From an uncultured Planctomycetaceae bacterium (GTDB lineage Bacteria > Planctomycetota > Planctomycetia > Isosphaerales > Isosphaeraceae): 64,000 bases of DNA. The stretch is taken from positions 1,248,001 through 1,312,000 of the forward strand of contig CAWIAD010000002.1 in the NCBI GenBank assembly GCA_963833985.1, written 5' to 3'. Numbering within the stretch: the first letter of the stretch is position 1; the number at the start of each line of letters is the position of its first letter. The notes beneath the pieces were generated by a model that saw nothing but the letters and a program-made list of their open reading frames with translations, had not been told where the DNA came from and ran no database searches. Of this stretch, positions 7,470-17,007 are shown piece after piece. The position numbers were made by a program, and so were the translations under genes.

Positions 7470-10085
7470 ATGATGGAGGACACAACGGAAATCTGCATCT
7501 GGGGGGCCGGCCTGGTGGGCTATTCGCTCGCGTGCGCCCTGGCGGAACGCGGGCGGAAGTGCATACTGGTCGATATCTCCCGGGATGTCGTCGAGCGCAT
7601 CAACGCCGGTGCTCCCCCCCGTTCACTGCATGGTGTGTACGGCTCTCAGCCCCTGGATGCCGGTGTCCGCGGTCGCTTGCGGGCGACGATGGAGCCGTCG
7701 CTGGCACTGTCGCCCGAGCACCCTGTGCACATCATCGCGGTGCCCACGGAGCGTGGGGGCCTGGTTTGCTCGGACCACCTGCGTGAGGTGGTCGAGAATG
7801 TCGCCCGTGCGGAATCCGCGGCGCGTCCGCTCTACTTCCTGATCGAGTCCACCGTCTCCCCCACCTGGATCGATGGCATCGTCCACGCGACGTTCCGAGC
7901 CGCCGGTTGGAGGCACGGCGAGGATTACCACGTTGGCTGTTCACCGCGGCGCGATGTCTTCGGCGATCCTGCTTATGCGATGCAGCAGATCGACAAGGTT
8001 TACGGTGCCGACAGCGAGCAGGGTGCGGAACTGATGCAGGCACTCTACACTCCGCTCTGCCGGGGACTGCATCGGGCGCCCGATGCTCGCCATGCATCGC
8101 TCACGAAGCTCGTGGAGAATCTCTACCGGCACCAGGCGATCCTGCTGGCGAATCGGCTCGCGGCCGCGCTCCCCGGCTTCGACGTCGCGGAGGTGCTCCG
8201 CCTGGCCGCGACGAAATGGAATATGCAACTCTACCATCCCTCCCTCTGGGTCGGCGGCTACTGCGTTCCGCTCGCGAAGGATTACCTGGCGTCCTCGGTG
8301 GAACCGCAATGGAGGGACGATCTCCTCCCGGTCGAGGATATATCAAGGATGGAAAAGTTGTTCCTGGATGCCCTTTTTGCCGGAGCGTCGGGCCGGCGGG
8401 TTGGTCTGCTCGGGCTTTCGTACGCGCCGGGTCTACGTATCGTGGTGAACGCTCCGGCGCTGCGGGTCGTGCGTTACCTGAAGCGTCGGGGCCTCGAGGT
8501 GGCTGTCCACGACCCCTATTTCAGCGAGACCGAGATCCTCGAGCTCGCAGCAGTGCCCAGGTTCGATTTCCCGAGCGAGCTGCGAGACTACGATGACGTT
8601 GTGCTGCTGACCGCGCACGTGGAGTATAGCCGGATCTCCGATCGCGAGCTGGCCGCTCATCTGCCGGCGCGGGCCCGGCTCATCGACAACTGCGGCATCT
8701 GGAGACGGCGCCGCTGGGCGGAGGGGATCCGCTACGTCGAGATTGGCGGGGCGGGCTTTCGCGGCACCGACATGCCGGATGGGCAGGCAATTCAAGCCTC
8801 GGAGATCGAGGCCTCCGACTGCCCCGTCGCGTGCTCACCCGCCAGGAACCGGGCGTACCTGGAGCGGCTCGAGCGGGAAGGTGAGCTGCCAGGGTTTTAT
8901 ACACACGTGGATCGCATCCTCCAGATCGACCGAGACTACCTGCACGCGCAATTCGACGGTGAGCGAATGAATATCCCGCAGCTCGGGGAACGGGTGCGGG
9001 CCCTACGAGGCAAGCCGATCGCCGACCACTCCGACGCCCAGATCGATACCATCTGTGCTCTTGCAGTCTATGGGATGGCGTGGGTGCGGCTCGAATACGT
9101 CGATATGCGAGTGACGATGGAGCGCGCCTGTCGCTACCTCGTGGATACGGCCGAAACTTACAATCGGAACCTCCTGGAGATTGGAGAGGAGCCAGCCCGA
9201 TGGCCGCCGGGATCTCCCTGGTGGAAGATCGCGTCGCAAATCCCGGAGCTACGCGAGCGGATCGACGGGCATTATTTCCGGCTCTCTCTCATCAACGGCG
9301 CGAACTGGTACCGGAGGGAGGTCTTCCTGAGGAAGCAAGAGCTCGAGCCGCAGCCAATGCCCCGGACTCTTGCCGGCGCATTCGCAGCGCATTCGCCGGT
9401 TCCCAGGCTGATCGACGCGAGCGATCCGCACGAATCGCTCCGTGCCCTCACGAGGGCGGTGCTCGAGCGAGATCAATCCCCCACAACTTTGCTGGTGACA
9501 TTGATGAAGGCGGCGACCGAGGACCCTTGCATCGACGCCCACCACACGACACTGCTGTGCCCGCGGGGCACGATGCTGGAACGTCCCTGGGAGATGTCGC
9601 CAGAGGACTTCCTCGCGTACGTCGTGTTCCGCCCGGGGTTCGAGCCGCCGGTCGGCCAGGGCGTGCACGACTTCCGCACGATCCAGAAGGCGATGCTGGC
9701 TCATCACGCGGCGAAAAAAACCAAGCTGGCAAGGCGTTACAAGGCGCGCTACGGCCCTGGCTCGGTGGCGCAGCTTGCCGACAATCTTGGTGATCTGGGG
9801 ATCTACTACAATGAGGACGCGCACCATAAGGGCCACCAGGTTGCCGGCGTCGCGTCCGCCATGCGTTATCTCATGCCCGTGCGGGTGCGGCGCGAGGAAA
9901 AGGAATTCCGGATCGAGGGCCTGACCGACTTCCGGGTCACACGCATGAGCCGGGCGGAACGAGATCGCTTCCGCCTGGAGGACTTCCCGCTGTTCCATGA
10001 CTACGGCGGCTGGGCGCGTACCATCCTGGAGACTGCGTATTCGATGGGCTTCGTCTTTCCCCGAATGCTCGAGAACTGGCGATGA
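7470..10085 (+). CDS. Nucleotide-sugar dehydrogenase (UDP-glucose/GDP-mannose dehydrogenase family) fused to an unrecognised ~430-aa C-terminal domain
   Basis: N-half GAGLVG, AVPT, IESTV, KLVEN, VGGYCVP, LGLSY, HDPY; C-half unrecognised, contains NEDAHHKGH. Confidence 0.8.
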   Translation: MMEDTTEICIWGAGLVGYSLACALAERGRKCILVDISRDVVERINAGAPPRSLHGVYGSQPLDAGVRGRLRATMEPSLALSPEHPVHIIAVPTERGGLVCSDHLREVVENVARAESAARPLYFLIESTVSPTWIDGIVHATFRAAGWRHGEDYHVGCSPRRDVFGDPAYAMQQIDKVYGADSEQGAELMQALYTPLCRGLHRAPDARHASLTKLVENLYRHQAILLANRLAAALPGFDVAEVLRLAATKWNMQLYHPSLWVGGYCVPLAKDYLASSVEPQWRDDLLPVEDISRMEKLFLDALFAGASGRRVGLLGLSYAPGLRIVVNAPALRVVRYLKRRGLEVAVHDPYFSETEILELAAVPRFDFPSELRDYDDVVLLTAHVEYSRISDRELAAHLPARARLIDNCGIWRRRRWAEGIRYVEIGGAGFRGTDMPDGQAIQASEIEASDCPVACSPARNRAYLERLEREGELPGFYTHVDRILQIDRDYLHAQFDGERMNIPQLGERVRALRGKPIADHSDAQIDTICALAVYGMAWVRLEYVDMRVTMERACRYLVDTAETYNRNLLEIGEEPARWPPGSPWWKIASQIPELRERIDGHYFRLSLINGANWYRREVFLRKQELEPQPMPRTLAGAFAAHSPVPRLIDASDPHESLRALTRAVLERDQSPTTLLVTLMKAATEDPCIDAHHTTLLCPRGTMLERPWEMSPEDFLAYVVFRPGFEPPVGQGVHDFRTIQKAMLAHHAAKKTKLARRYKARYGPGSVAQLADNLGDLGIYYNEDAHHKGHQVAGVASAMRYLMPVRVRREEKEFRIEGLTDFRVTRMSRAERDRFRLEDFPLFHDYGGWARTILETAYSMGFVFPRMLENWR

Positions 10086-10714
10086 ACCGGACGATGCTTG
10101 CGCTCATGGCCCACCCGGACGATGCCGAGCTGTGCATGGGGGGGACAATCGCCCGCTACGCGCACGCCGGGTTCCGGGCCGAGATCGTGATCTCGTCGCT
10201 GCCGGACTTCCCGGACGTCCGTCGTGCCGAGGCTGCTCAGGGGGCTGCGGTCCTCGGCGCAGGTGTCCGCATCCTCGCTCCGCCCTCGAAACGCGAGACC
10301 TGGCAGGTCGAGGACTTTCCGGTGTACCGGCTGGTGGCGGCCTTCGACGCGATCCTGGAGGAGCTCCAGCCGTCCCTCGTATTCACGCACTGGCCCAAAG
10401 ACACGCACTTCGATCATGTTCGAGTGAGCCAGGCAGCCTTCTCGGCCACACGGAGGCACAGGGTCGACCTGTACCTGTGCGAGCAACCCAACCTCTACGC
10501 GGCCACCGTGGAGCCGATGAAGTTGAATACGTATGTGGACGTATCCCAGTTCATGGATAAGAGACTGGACAGCATCGCCTGCCACCGGTCGCAGACACAG
10601 GGGAAGACCTATTCGGAGCACGTCCGTGCCCGCACCCGGTTCCACGGGGAACGGACCGGCTGCCAGTATGCGGAGGCCTTCTGCTGCGCAATCCAGCGGC
10701 TGAGGATTGATTGA
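10082..10714 (+). CDS. PIG-L/LmbE family deacetylase
   Basis: AHPDDAE..MGGTI, RRAEA, THW..D.HFDH, CHRSQ, YAEAF; start overlaps the upstream stop. Confidence 0.92.
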   Translation: MNRTMLALMAHPDDAELCMGGTIARYAHAGFRAEIVISSLPDFPDVRRAEAAQGAAVLGAGVRILAPPSKRETWQVEDFPVYRLVAAFDAILEELQPSLVFTHWPKDTHFDHVRVSQAAFSATRRHRVDLYLCEQPNLYAATVEPMKLNTYVDVSQFMDKRLDSIACHRSQTQGKTYSEHVRARTRFHGERTGCQYAEAFCCAIQRLRID

Positions 10715-11574
10715 GCATGGGGCATTCCAGTCCTGTTGGGTTCTCGACAACGGTCATCGGGCGTTCGACCGACCTCAGCCGTCTGCTGGAGCTCGAACCC
10801 GACATCATCGAGCTGTGCGGCTATTCCGCCGCGCAGTGGCCCTCAGTGCGGGCGCAAATCGAGCGGTTGGGCATTCCCGTAGGGCTCCACTGTCCTTTGC
10901 CGTTCGAAGGATTCGTCCCCCACTTCGATATCACGGGACCAGACTCTGCGCGACAGGAAGAGGCTTTTGCGCTGGTCCGCCAGACACTTCGAGCTGCTTG
11001 CGAAGTGCAGGCCCGGTACGTCATTGTCCATTTCCCGAGCGTGCTCCGTGAGATTCTCGACGAGGATGACGCTCTCGAATCTCGTCGTGCTGCGGCGCTG
11101 TGCAGCGCACGGCGGATCGCGGAGCTCAGCCAGCAATACGGGGTGGCGATCCTGCTGGAGAACGTCGGCCCCAATCCTTATCTCTATCTCGGCGAGCACT
11201 TCACCTGGTTGTTCGGCCAGGTTCCCGAGCTGAGGATGTGCCTCGATTTCGGCCACTCCCATGTCCTGCCGGGAGCCGAGGACGTGTATCGATTTGCCGA
11301 GCAGGTCGCACCATTCGTCTCCGGGCTCCACGTCTACAATGCGACCCGGGCGGGCTATCGGGTCGGTTTCCACGAGGCACCGCTGGCTGAGCACGATCCC
11401 GACGAAGGCTGGATGGACCTGTCCAGGCTGCTCGCCGTGATGGCGAAGAGAGCCACGATTCCTTATTTCATTTTTGAGTACTCCGAAGATAGTGGACAGG
11501 ATGTGGAAGCCGTCCGGCGCGGCGTGCAACACTGGACCGCGACCTGGAGGAGTCTATGCCGCGAGGAGGGTTAA
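10711..11574 (+). CDS. Sugar-phosphate isomerase/epimerase (AP endonuclease 2 TIM-barrel) family protein
   Basis: LHCP, IVHFP, LLENV, CLDFGH, LHV, FH, IFEY metal-ligand pattern. Confidence 0.8.
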   Translation: MSMGHSSPVGFSTTVIGRSTDLSRLLELEPDIIELCGYSAAQWPSVRAQIERLGIPVGLHCPLPFEGFVPHFDITGPDSARQEEAFALVRQTLRAACEVQARYVIVHFPSVLREILDEDDALESRRAAALCSARRIAELSQQYGVAILLENVGPNPYLYLGEHFTWLFGQVPELRMCLDFGHSHVLPGAEDVYRFAEQVAPFVSGLHVYNATRAGYRVGFHEAPLAEHDPDEGWMDLSRLLAVMAKRATIPYFIFEYSEDSGQDVEAVRRGVQHWTATWRSLCREEG

Positions 11575-12707
11575 GAGGCTGGCTCCGTGGGCAACGGCTC
11601 CGTGCGCGGGGGGCGTCGCTCGGGGCGGGAACTTACGTCAGCCAGGGAGTGCGGATCAGCGCCCCGGACATCCGGATCGGGGCCGGCGGTTTCCTCGCCC
11701 CGGGCGTCGAGATCCAGGCGGATCGTGTCGTGATCGGCGACCGCTGTCACGTTGCGGAGGGGGTTTCACTTCGCGCAGAGCGCATCGAGATCGGCGAGAA
11801 TTGCATCCTGTTTCCGGGCGTTCGCATTCAGACGCTCGGCGAATTCCGCATGGGCCCGTACGGGAAGATCAGCCGTGGCGCGACGATCAAGGGGGGAAGC
11901 GTCCGGATCGGGTCCGAATTCTGGATGAACGCCGGCGCCGAGATTGGCGGCGGGGGATGGCGCAGTCGGACAGGTTGTTTCGAGGCGGGGGACCGCTGTC
12001 ACGTGGGCCGGTTGACTCACATCAATGTGACCGAGCCGGTCGTCTTCGGCGACGATACGGCGGTGGGCATGCACTGTATCCTGGCAACACATGCGCACTG
12101 GCAACCCGCAACGCAGGGCTATCCGCGGCTGCGCGGGGCCATCCGGCTGGGGTCAGACGTGGCGATCTATTCGGGAGTGATCATATCTCCGGGCGTCACC
12201 GTGGGTCACGGCGCGGTAATCGCGGCGGGCGCGGTCGTTCAGACGGACGTACCGGATCTGTCCCTGGCGGCGGGAGTGCCGGCACGAATCGTCCGTGAGC
12301 ACTTTCCCCGCGGTGGGGGAGCGCCTGTCGCCCTGGCACTGCTCTGCGAGTACATGGAAACGCGCTTCCCGGGTGTATCGTACCACTCGAAGGCCGGGCG
12401 TTTCATCGCCCAGCCCGCCACCGGAGCCCAGTGCATTCTGTATGACGACGATGAGAGTGCGATGGACCACGAGTCACGGCCCGGGTCGCTGATCGTCGTC
12501 ACGCTGAACCGGGCTGTTGCGGACGCGGCACAATCCGGAGCCGAGACCGTCTTCAACCTCGGTGATCGCGAGTTGACGGGCCGCTCCACGGAATTGAGCG
12601 AGTCGCTGCGTCAGTTCTTTTTCAGCGCGGGCCTGCGCTTCAAGTACCGAGGATACCAGCGCGGACCGCTGGACTACGCGCAACTGATCGAGTCCGGAAT
12701 CGAGTGA
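11556..12707 (+). CDS. Hexapeptide-repeat (left-handed beta-helix) acyltransferase with C-terminal extension
   Basis: Many IG-x-x repeats; PGVTVGHGAVIAAGAVVQTDVP..SLAAGVPARIVR. Confidence 0.88.
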   Translation: MPRGGLRGWLRGQRLRARGASLGAGTYVSQGVRISAPDIRIGAGGFLAPGVEIQADRVVIGDRCHVAEGVSLRAERIEIGENCILFPGVRIQTLGEFRMGPYGKISRGATIKGGSVRIGSEFWMNAGAEIGGGGWRSRTGCFEAGDRCHVGRLTHINVTEPVVFGDDTAVGMHCILATHAHWQPATQGYPRLRGAIRLGSDVAIYSGVIISPGVTVGHGAVIAAGAVVQTDVPDLSLAAGVPARIVREHFPRGGGAPVALALLCEYMETRFPGVSYHSKAGRFIAQPATGAQCILYDDDESAMDHESRPGSLIVVTLNRAVADAAQSGAETVFNLGDRELTGRSTELSESLRQFFFSAGLRFKYRGYQRGPLDYAQLIESGIE

Positions 12708-12779
12708 CTGGAAGGAGCAGCATGGCATGCCCTGGATACGCCCACCGAGTTGCGGGGTGGGTCCGCCTGGCCGTACCCG

Positions 12780-15224
12780 TCACCAATCCCGGACCAGTCC
12801 TCCCACCTCACGCTCGAGGCGCCCCACGAGCTCCCGAACGGACTGGTTCACCTCCTCCATGGAGAGGGTTCGGTCGCTGGCCTGGTACAGCAGCCGATAG
12901 GTCATGCTCCGCTTGCCCGGAGGGATTGGCGCACCCCGATATTCCGTCACGAAATCGACCGACGCGATCCAGTCAGAGTGAGCCGCGCTGAGCAGGCGAT
13001 CCAGCGCCTCGTGCGTGACGGCCTCGTCAACCGTGATGGAGATGTCGATCGGGACGCCCGGGTGTCGATGGATGGGACGGAAGACCTCGGGCGTCGGGGT
13101 CAGTTGCTGGAGCACGTCGAGATTGAACTCCGCCAGCGCCAGGTGCGGGCCGCAGCCGAGCGCGTCGGCGATTCTGGGGTGGAGCGTCCCGCACACGCCG
13201 ACGGGCGCGCCTGCCGCATCAACGAACTCGGCCGAGCGTCCGGGATGGAACCACGGGGCAAGCTGTCGCTCGGGATGACGAGGCCGGATCTCCAGGTTAA
13301 GCCTGCGAAACAGTGCCTGGGTGTGCCCTTTCAGGATGGACATCGCCTCCCGGTGCCAGCCCGAGTCGCTTGCGGGTTCAAGTCCTCCGCCTCCGGACGG
13401 ATCGCCGCCTTTCGCATGCTTCCAGTAGACCAGTCCCAGGTGGAAGGGCTGATCCGGCAGACCCTTGGCGGGATGAAAGGTTCGGCCCACCTCGTAAAGC
13501 GAAAGCTCTCGCGTGTAAGGAAGACTGCGCTGAAGCAAGCGGAGCAGGCCAGGTACGAGGTAAGCCCTGAGATGGGTGTTCTCCGCGCTGATCGGGTTGC
13601 GGAGCGACACTCGCGCCCAGGTGCAAGGACCCAGTATCTTCAGAAACGGCTCGAAATCGAAGGAATAGGTCCGCGCCTCGGTGTATCGCAGGGCCAGAGA
13701 GAGCAGTGTGCGAACGCGCTTCTGGAAGACCAGGACAGGGTCGCGGTAGGCGTTGGGCAACTGGATCTGGGGTTGTACGGGTGGGATGTTGCCGTAGCCG
13801 TGGATTCGGCCGACCTCCTCCACGATGTCTTCCGGGATGGCGATGTCCTTCGTGGCCCGGAAGCTTGGTACCCGGATGCGCAACGTGTCGCCCTCGAGTT
13901 CGCGAATTTCGAACTCCAGACGACGCAGGTCGGAGACGATCGCCTCCGCGGGAATCGCAGTGCCCAGCCGCTCATTGATGAAGGAGACGGATACGTCGAT
14001 CTCGACTGATGGCGTTGGGCCCGACTGGAAGTCGGTAAGGGAAGAGGCGACGCGCGCGCCGGGCAACAAATCGATCAGCAACTGCGCACACCGTTGCGCT
14101 GCGAGCGGAGGAAGAGTCGGGTCCACTGCCCTTTCGAACCGGGCGCTGGCCTCGGTGCGCAGGCCGAGGCGAGACGCCGTCTTGCGTATCGAGGCCGGAT
14201 CGAACGTGGCCGCCTCGATGAGAATGCTGCTGGTATCAGCGCGCACTTCGCTGTTTTTCAGGCCGCTCACCCCAGCGAGCGCGACCGGCCCTTCGGCATC
14301 GCAGATCAGCAGATCGTCGCTGCCGATCTGGTACTCCTGGCCGTCGAGGCCGACCACCGTCTCGCCGGCGGGCTGTCCCGTTTGCACGACGATGCGGCGA
14401 CCGTGAATCTCGCGTGAATCGAAGGCGTGCAGCGGGTTGCCCAGATCGAGCATCACAAAATTCGTGACATCGACAAGCAGGTTGATCGGCCTGAGCCCGC
14501 AGCGTGACAGCAGCGTCTGCATCCACAGGGGCGAGGGCACCGGCCTGACCCCCTCGACACGCAACGCGACGTAGCGAGCACAGCGCTCGGGTGCCCGCAC
14601 GTCGACGGCCACGGCAGGCGTTGTGCCGAGAGACAGTTCCACGGGAGGGATACGGAAGGGTCGCCTCAACAAGGCTGCCACCTCGTGCGCCAGGCCGGCG
14701 TGGCCCCACAGGTCGGGCCGGTGGGTGATTGACTTGTTGTCGAGCTCGAAGATGGTGTCCACCAGCGGGAGAACCCGGTCCAGAGGCGTCCCCGGCGCCA
14801 GCTCATCGGGCAGCACGCAGATGCCTGTCTGGTTGTCCGTCAAGGTGAGCTCGGCCGGCGAGCAGAGCATTCCATCGCTCGATGTGCCACGAATGCTCGC
14901 GCTCTTGACCGTGGCGCCGCCCAGACGCGTCCCGGGTGGAGCGAGCGCACTCTTCATGCCCTGCCGCACGTTCGGTGCGCCGCAGACGACCTGGCGCGGG
15001 GATCCTGATCCGTCGGACACAATGCAGATCGAAAGGTGGTCGGAGTCGGGGTGGGGCTGCACGCTGATCACTTCGGCGACGACGACGCCCTCAAGGCCGG
15101 CCCCGAATACGTGAAACCCTTCCAGTTCGGCCACGGAGCTTGTGAATCGGCGTGCCAGGTCCTCCCGATCAACACCGTTCAAATCGACATAACGTCTCAA
15201 CCAGTGAAATGAAAACTTCATCAT
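12780..15224 (-). CDS. pheT: Phenylalanine--tRNA ligase beta subunit
   Basis: VVCGAPN, SDGMLCS, HRPDLWGH, INLLVDVTNFVML, RTEASARFER, VPSFR..DI..PEDIVEEVGRIHGY, NPIS, C-terminal anticodon-binding domain; 814 aa, intact. Confidence 0.97.
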   Translation of the reverse strand: MMKFSFHWLRRYVDLNGVDREDLARRFTSSVAELEGFHVFGAGLEGVVVAEVISVQPHPDSDHLSICIVSDGSGSPRQVVCGAPNVRQGMKSALAPPGTRLGGATVKSASIRGTSSDGMLCSPAELTLTDNQTGICVLPDELAPGTPLDRVLPLVDTIFELDNKSITHRPDLWGHAGLAHEVAALLRRPFRIPPVELSLGTTPAVAVDVRAPERCARYVALRVEGVRPVPSPLWMQTLLSRCGLRPINLLVDVTNFVMLDLGNPLHAFDSREIHGRRIVVQTGQPAGETVVGLDGQEYQIGSDDLLICDAEGPVALAGVSGLKNSEVRADTSSILIEAATFDPASIRKTASRLGLRTEASARFERAVDPTLPPLAAQRCAQLLIDLLPGARVASSLTDFQSGPTPSVEIDVSVSFINERLGTAIPAEAIVSDLRRLEFEIRELEGDTLRIRVPSFRATKDIAIPEDIVEEVGRIHGYGNIPPVQPQIQLPNAYRDPVLVFQKRVRTLLSLALRYTEARTYSFDFEPFLKILGPCTWARVSLRNPISAENTHLRAYLVPGLLRLLQRSLPYTRELSLYEVGRTFHPAKGLPDQPFHLGLVYWKHAKGGDPSGGGGLEPASDSGWHREAMSILKGHTQALFRRLNLEIRPRHPERQLAPWFHPGRSAEFVDAAGAPVGVCGTLHPRIADALGCGPHLALAEFNLDVLQQLTPTPEVFRPIHRHPGVPIDISITVDEAVTHEALDRLLSAAHSDWIASVDFVTEYRGAPIPPGKRSMTYRLLYQASDRTLSMEEVNQSVRELVGRLEREVGGLVRDW

Positions 15225-15332
15225 GTCCTCGGATTAGTGGACCTGCTGGCAGGCACATGCTGCGCCATCCGGAATGCGTGGGGCTTCCTCCCGGAGCCGC
15301 ATCGACGACCCGGGGGCGCGCTGGCTCCCCGC

Positions 15333-16387
15333 TCACTCCAGGCCCAGGCCCAAGAATTGCTTGAGGAAGCGGATGTCCCCGTCGAGAAACAAGCGGATAT
15401 CCGGGATCTTGTAGCGCATCATTGCGAGACGGGACAGCCCGAGCCCGAACGCCCAACCCTGCCATTGCTCGGGGTCGAGGCCGCCGGCACGGATGACGTT
15501 GGGGTGGACCAGTCCGCACGGGAGCAATTCCACCCAGCCCGACATCTTGCAGACCGAGCATCCCGCCTGGCCGCACACCAGGCAGCCAATATCCAGCTCG
15601 AAGCCGGGCTCGACGAAGGGGAAGAAGCCTGGGCGAAGCCGGATGGCCACCCTGGCGGCGAACACTTCCGAGAGCAGGCTGGTCATCGAAGCAATCAGGT
15701 TCGCCACCGTGGCCCGTCGATCGATGAAGAGGCCTTCCACCTGGAAGAAGGTGTGCTCGTGCGAGGCGTCAACGGCCTCGTGCCGGAACACCCGCCCCGG
15801 GAAGATGGCTCGGAACGGCGGAGTAAAAGTGCGCATGGCCCGGACCTGGCCGGCGCTCGTATGGGTCCGGAGCAGGTTGCCATCCTCCAGCCAGAACGTA
15901 TCTTGCATGTCTCGGGCGGGGTGATCGGGGGGAATGTTCAAAGCATCGAAATTGTAATATTCCGATTCGGCCTCCGGATAATCGAGTACGTAGAACCCCA
16001 TCGACTGGAAGATCTCCTGGAGGCGCCACTCCATGAGGCTGATCGGATGGAATGTTCCAGTATTGACCGGGGTGCCAGGGAGCGTGGCGTCGAAGTCGTC
16101 CGCGACGAGCTCGGCCTGGAGCCGAGCTTCCGCAAGCTCGGCCTTGCGCCGGCCGGCCAGGCCTTCGACTTCCCGAACCGCGTTGTTCAAGGCGCTGCCA
16201 AAGACCTGCGCTGCTCGGGGGAGAGGGTTACGATCTTCTGGAACAGGGCACGCAGCAGTCCTTTCTTGCCGGTGTACCGGCGCTCGGCGGCCTCGAGCGC
16301 CGTCAGGTCCGCCGCGCGCGTGATGGCATCTCGGGCCTCTTCCTCGAGACTCTTCAACACTTCGTCCGCAGGCTGATTTTCGCTCAT
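15333..16387 (-). CDS. pheS: Phenylalanine--tRNA ligase alpha subunit, one frameshift near 16206
   Basis: N-terminal YTGKKG coiled coil in one frame; NFDALNIPPDHPARDMQDTF, LRTHTS, GRVFR, FPFVEP, GWAFGLGLSRLAM in another; adding one base near 16206 joins them. Confidence 0.95.
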
Positions 16388-16616
16388 ATCTGGATGGCTC
16401 ACGGGAGCTCTCGGCGAAGCACTCGCGCAGGGCGCAAATGGACCGCTCGAGCATGGCCGGTTCCGCACAGGGCTCGAACGCTTTCCCGATGGTCTGACGT
16501 AACTCGTGACTGGATCGGCGAATTCGCACGCGTCGAACCGGTCGGAACGCAATCAGTCTAACCGATGCCCGGGAGGAGAAGTCAACGGCAGACTAACCCG
16601 AAGGCCGGTCCGGAGA

Positions 16617-16970
16617 TCAGGCGGCAGTCCCGGTCAGAGGGAGCCCGGTAAGGCTCCAGTGAGGAAGCCCACCCTGAAGGTAATTGATGCGAGTGACCCC
16701 ATGCCGCTGGAGCTCGTGGCAGGCGGCGAACTCCTCCTCCTCATTGTCGCCGACGACCAGGTAGTGCAGCCCCCGAGGGAGCGTGGGAAGCATTGCCGGC
16801 AATGACTCCAGGGGAACATTCCGCGCACCCTCGATGTGCCCCAGGGCGTACGCGGCTGGATGTCGGATGTCCAGAAGTTCGAGAGTGGGAGTACCCCGGA
16901 GGGAGTGATAGGCCTCGGTCGGTGTCAGGTCTCTCCATTCCCGGTTAAGTCCTCGGGGGCCCGGCGGCAA
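16617..16970 (-). CDS. Rhodanese-like domain, probably the C-terminal domain of the upstream decarboxylase
   Basis: LLDIR...Y..GHIEGARNVP...YLQGG..W; frame stays open upstream past 17130; no Cys at the active-site loop. Confidence 0.8.
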   Translation of the reverse strand: MPPGPRGLNREWRDLTPTEAYHSLRGTPTLELLDIRHPAAYALGHIEGARNVPLESLPAMLPTLPRGLHYLVVGDNEEEEFAACHELQRHGVTRINYLQGGLPHWSLTGLPLTGTAA

Positions 16971-17007
16971 CGCTTCCTCCAGGCTGTCTGTCCTTGCCGG
17001 ATTGCCC

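Noticed and set aside
10711..11574. Possible MNIO (DUF692) peptide-modifying enzyme, given the Cys-rich precursor
   Set aside because: The motifs (DFGH, LHVYN, FH) fit the generic isomerase/AP endonuclease 2 barrel; the S-D/E-H and D-T/S-H patterns I expect in DUF692 are not evident. An HMM search would settle it.
16195..16220. Programmed frameshift in pheS
   Set aside because: No convincing slippery heptamer, and similar indels occur throughout the window.
12750..16376. Long plus-strand ORFs 12750-14009 and 15237-16376
   Set aside because: Antisense shadows of pheT and pheS, typical of high-GC DNA.
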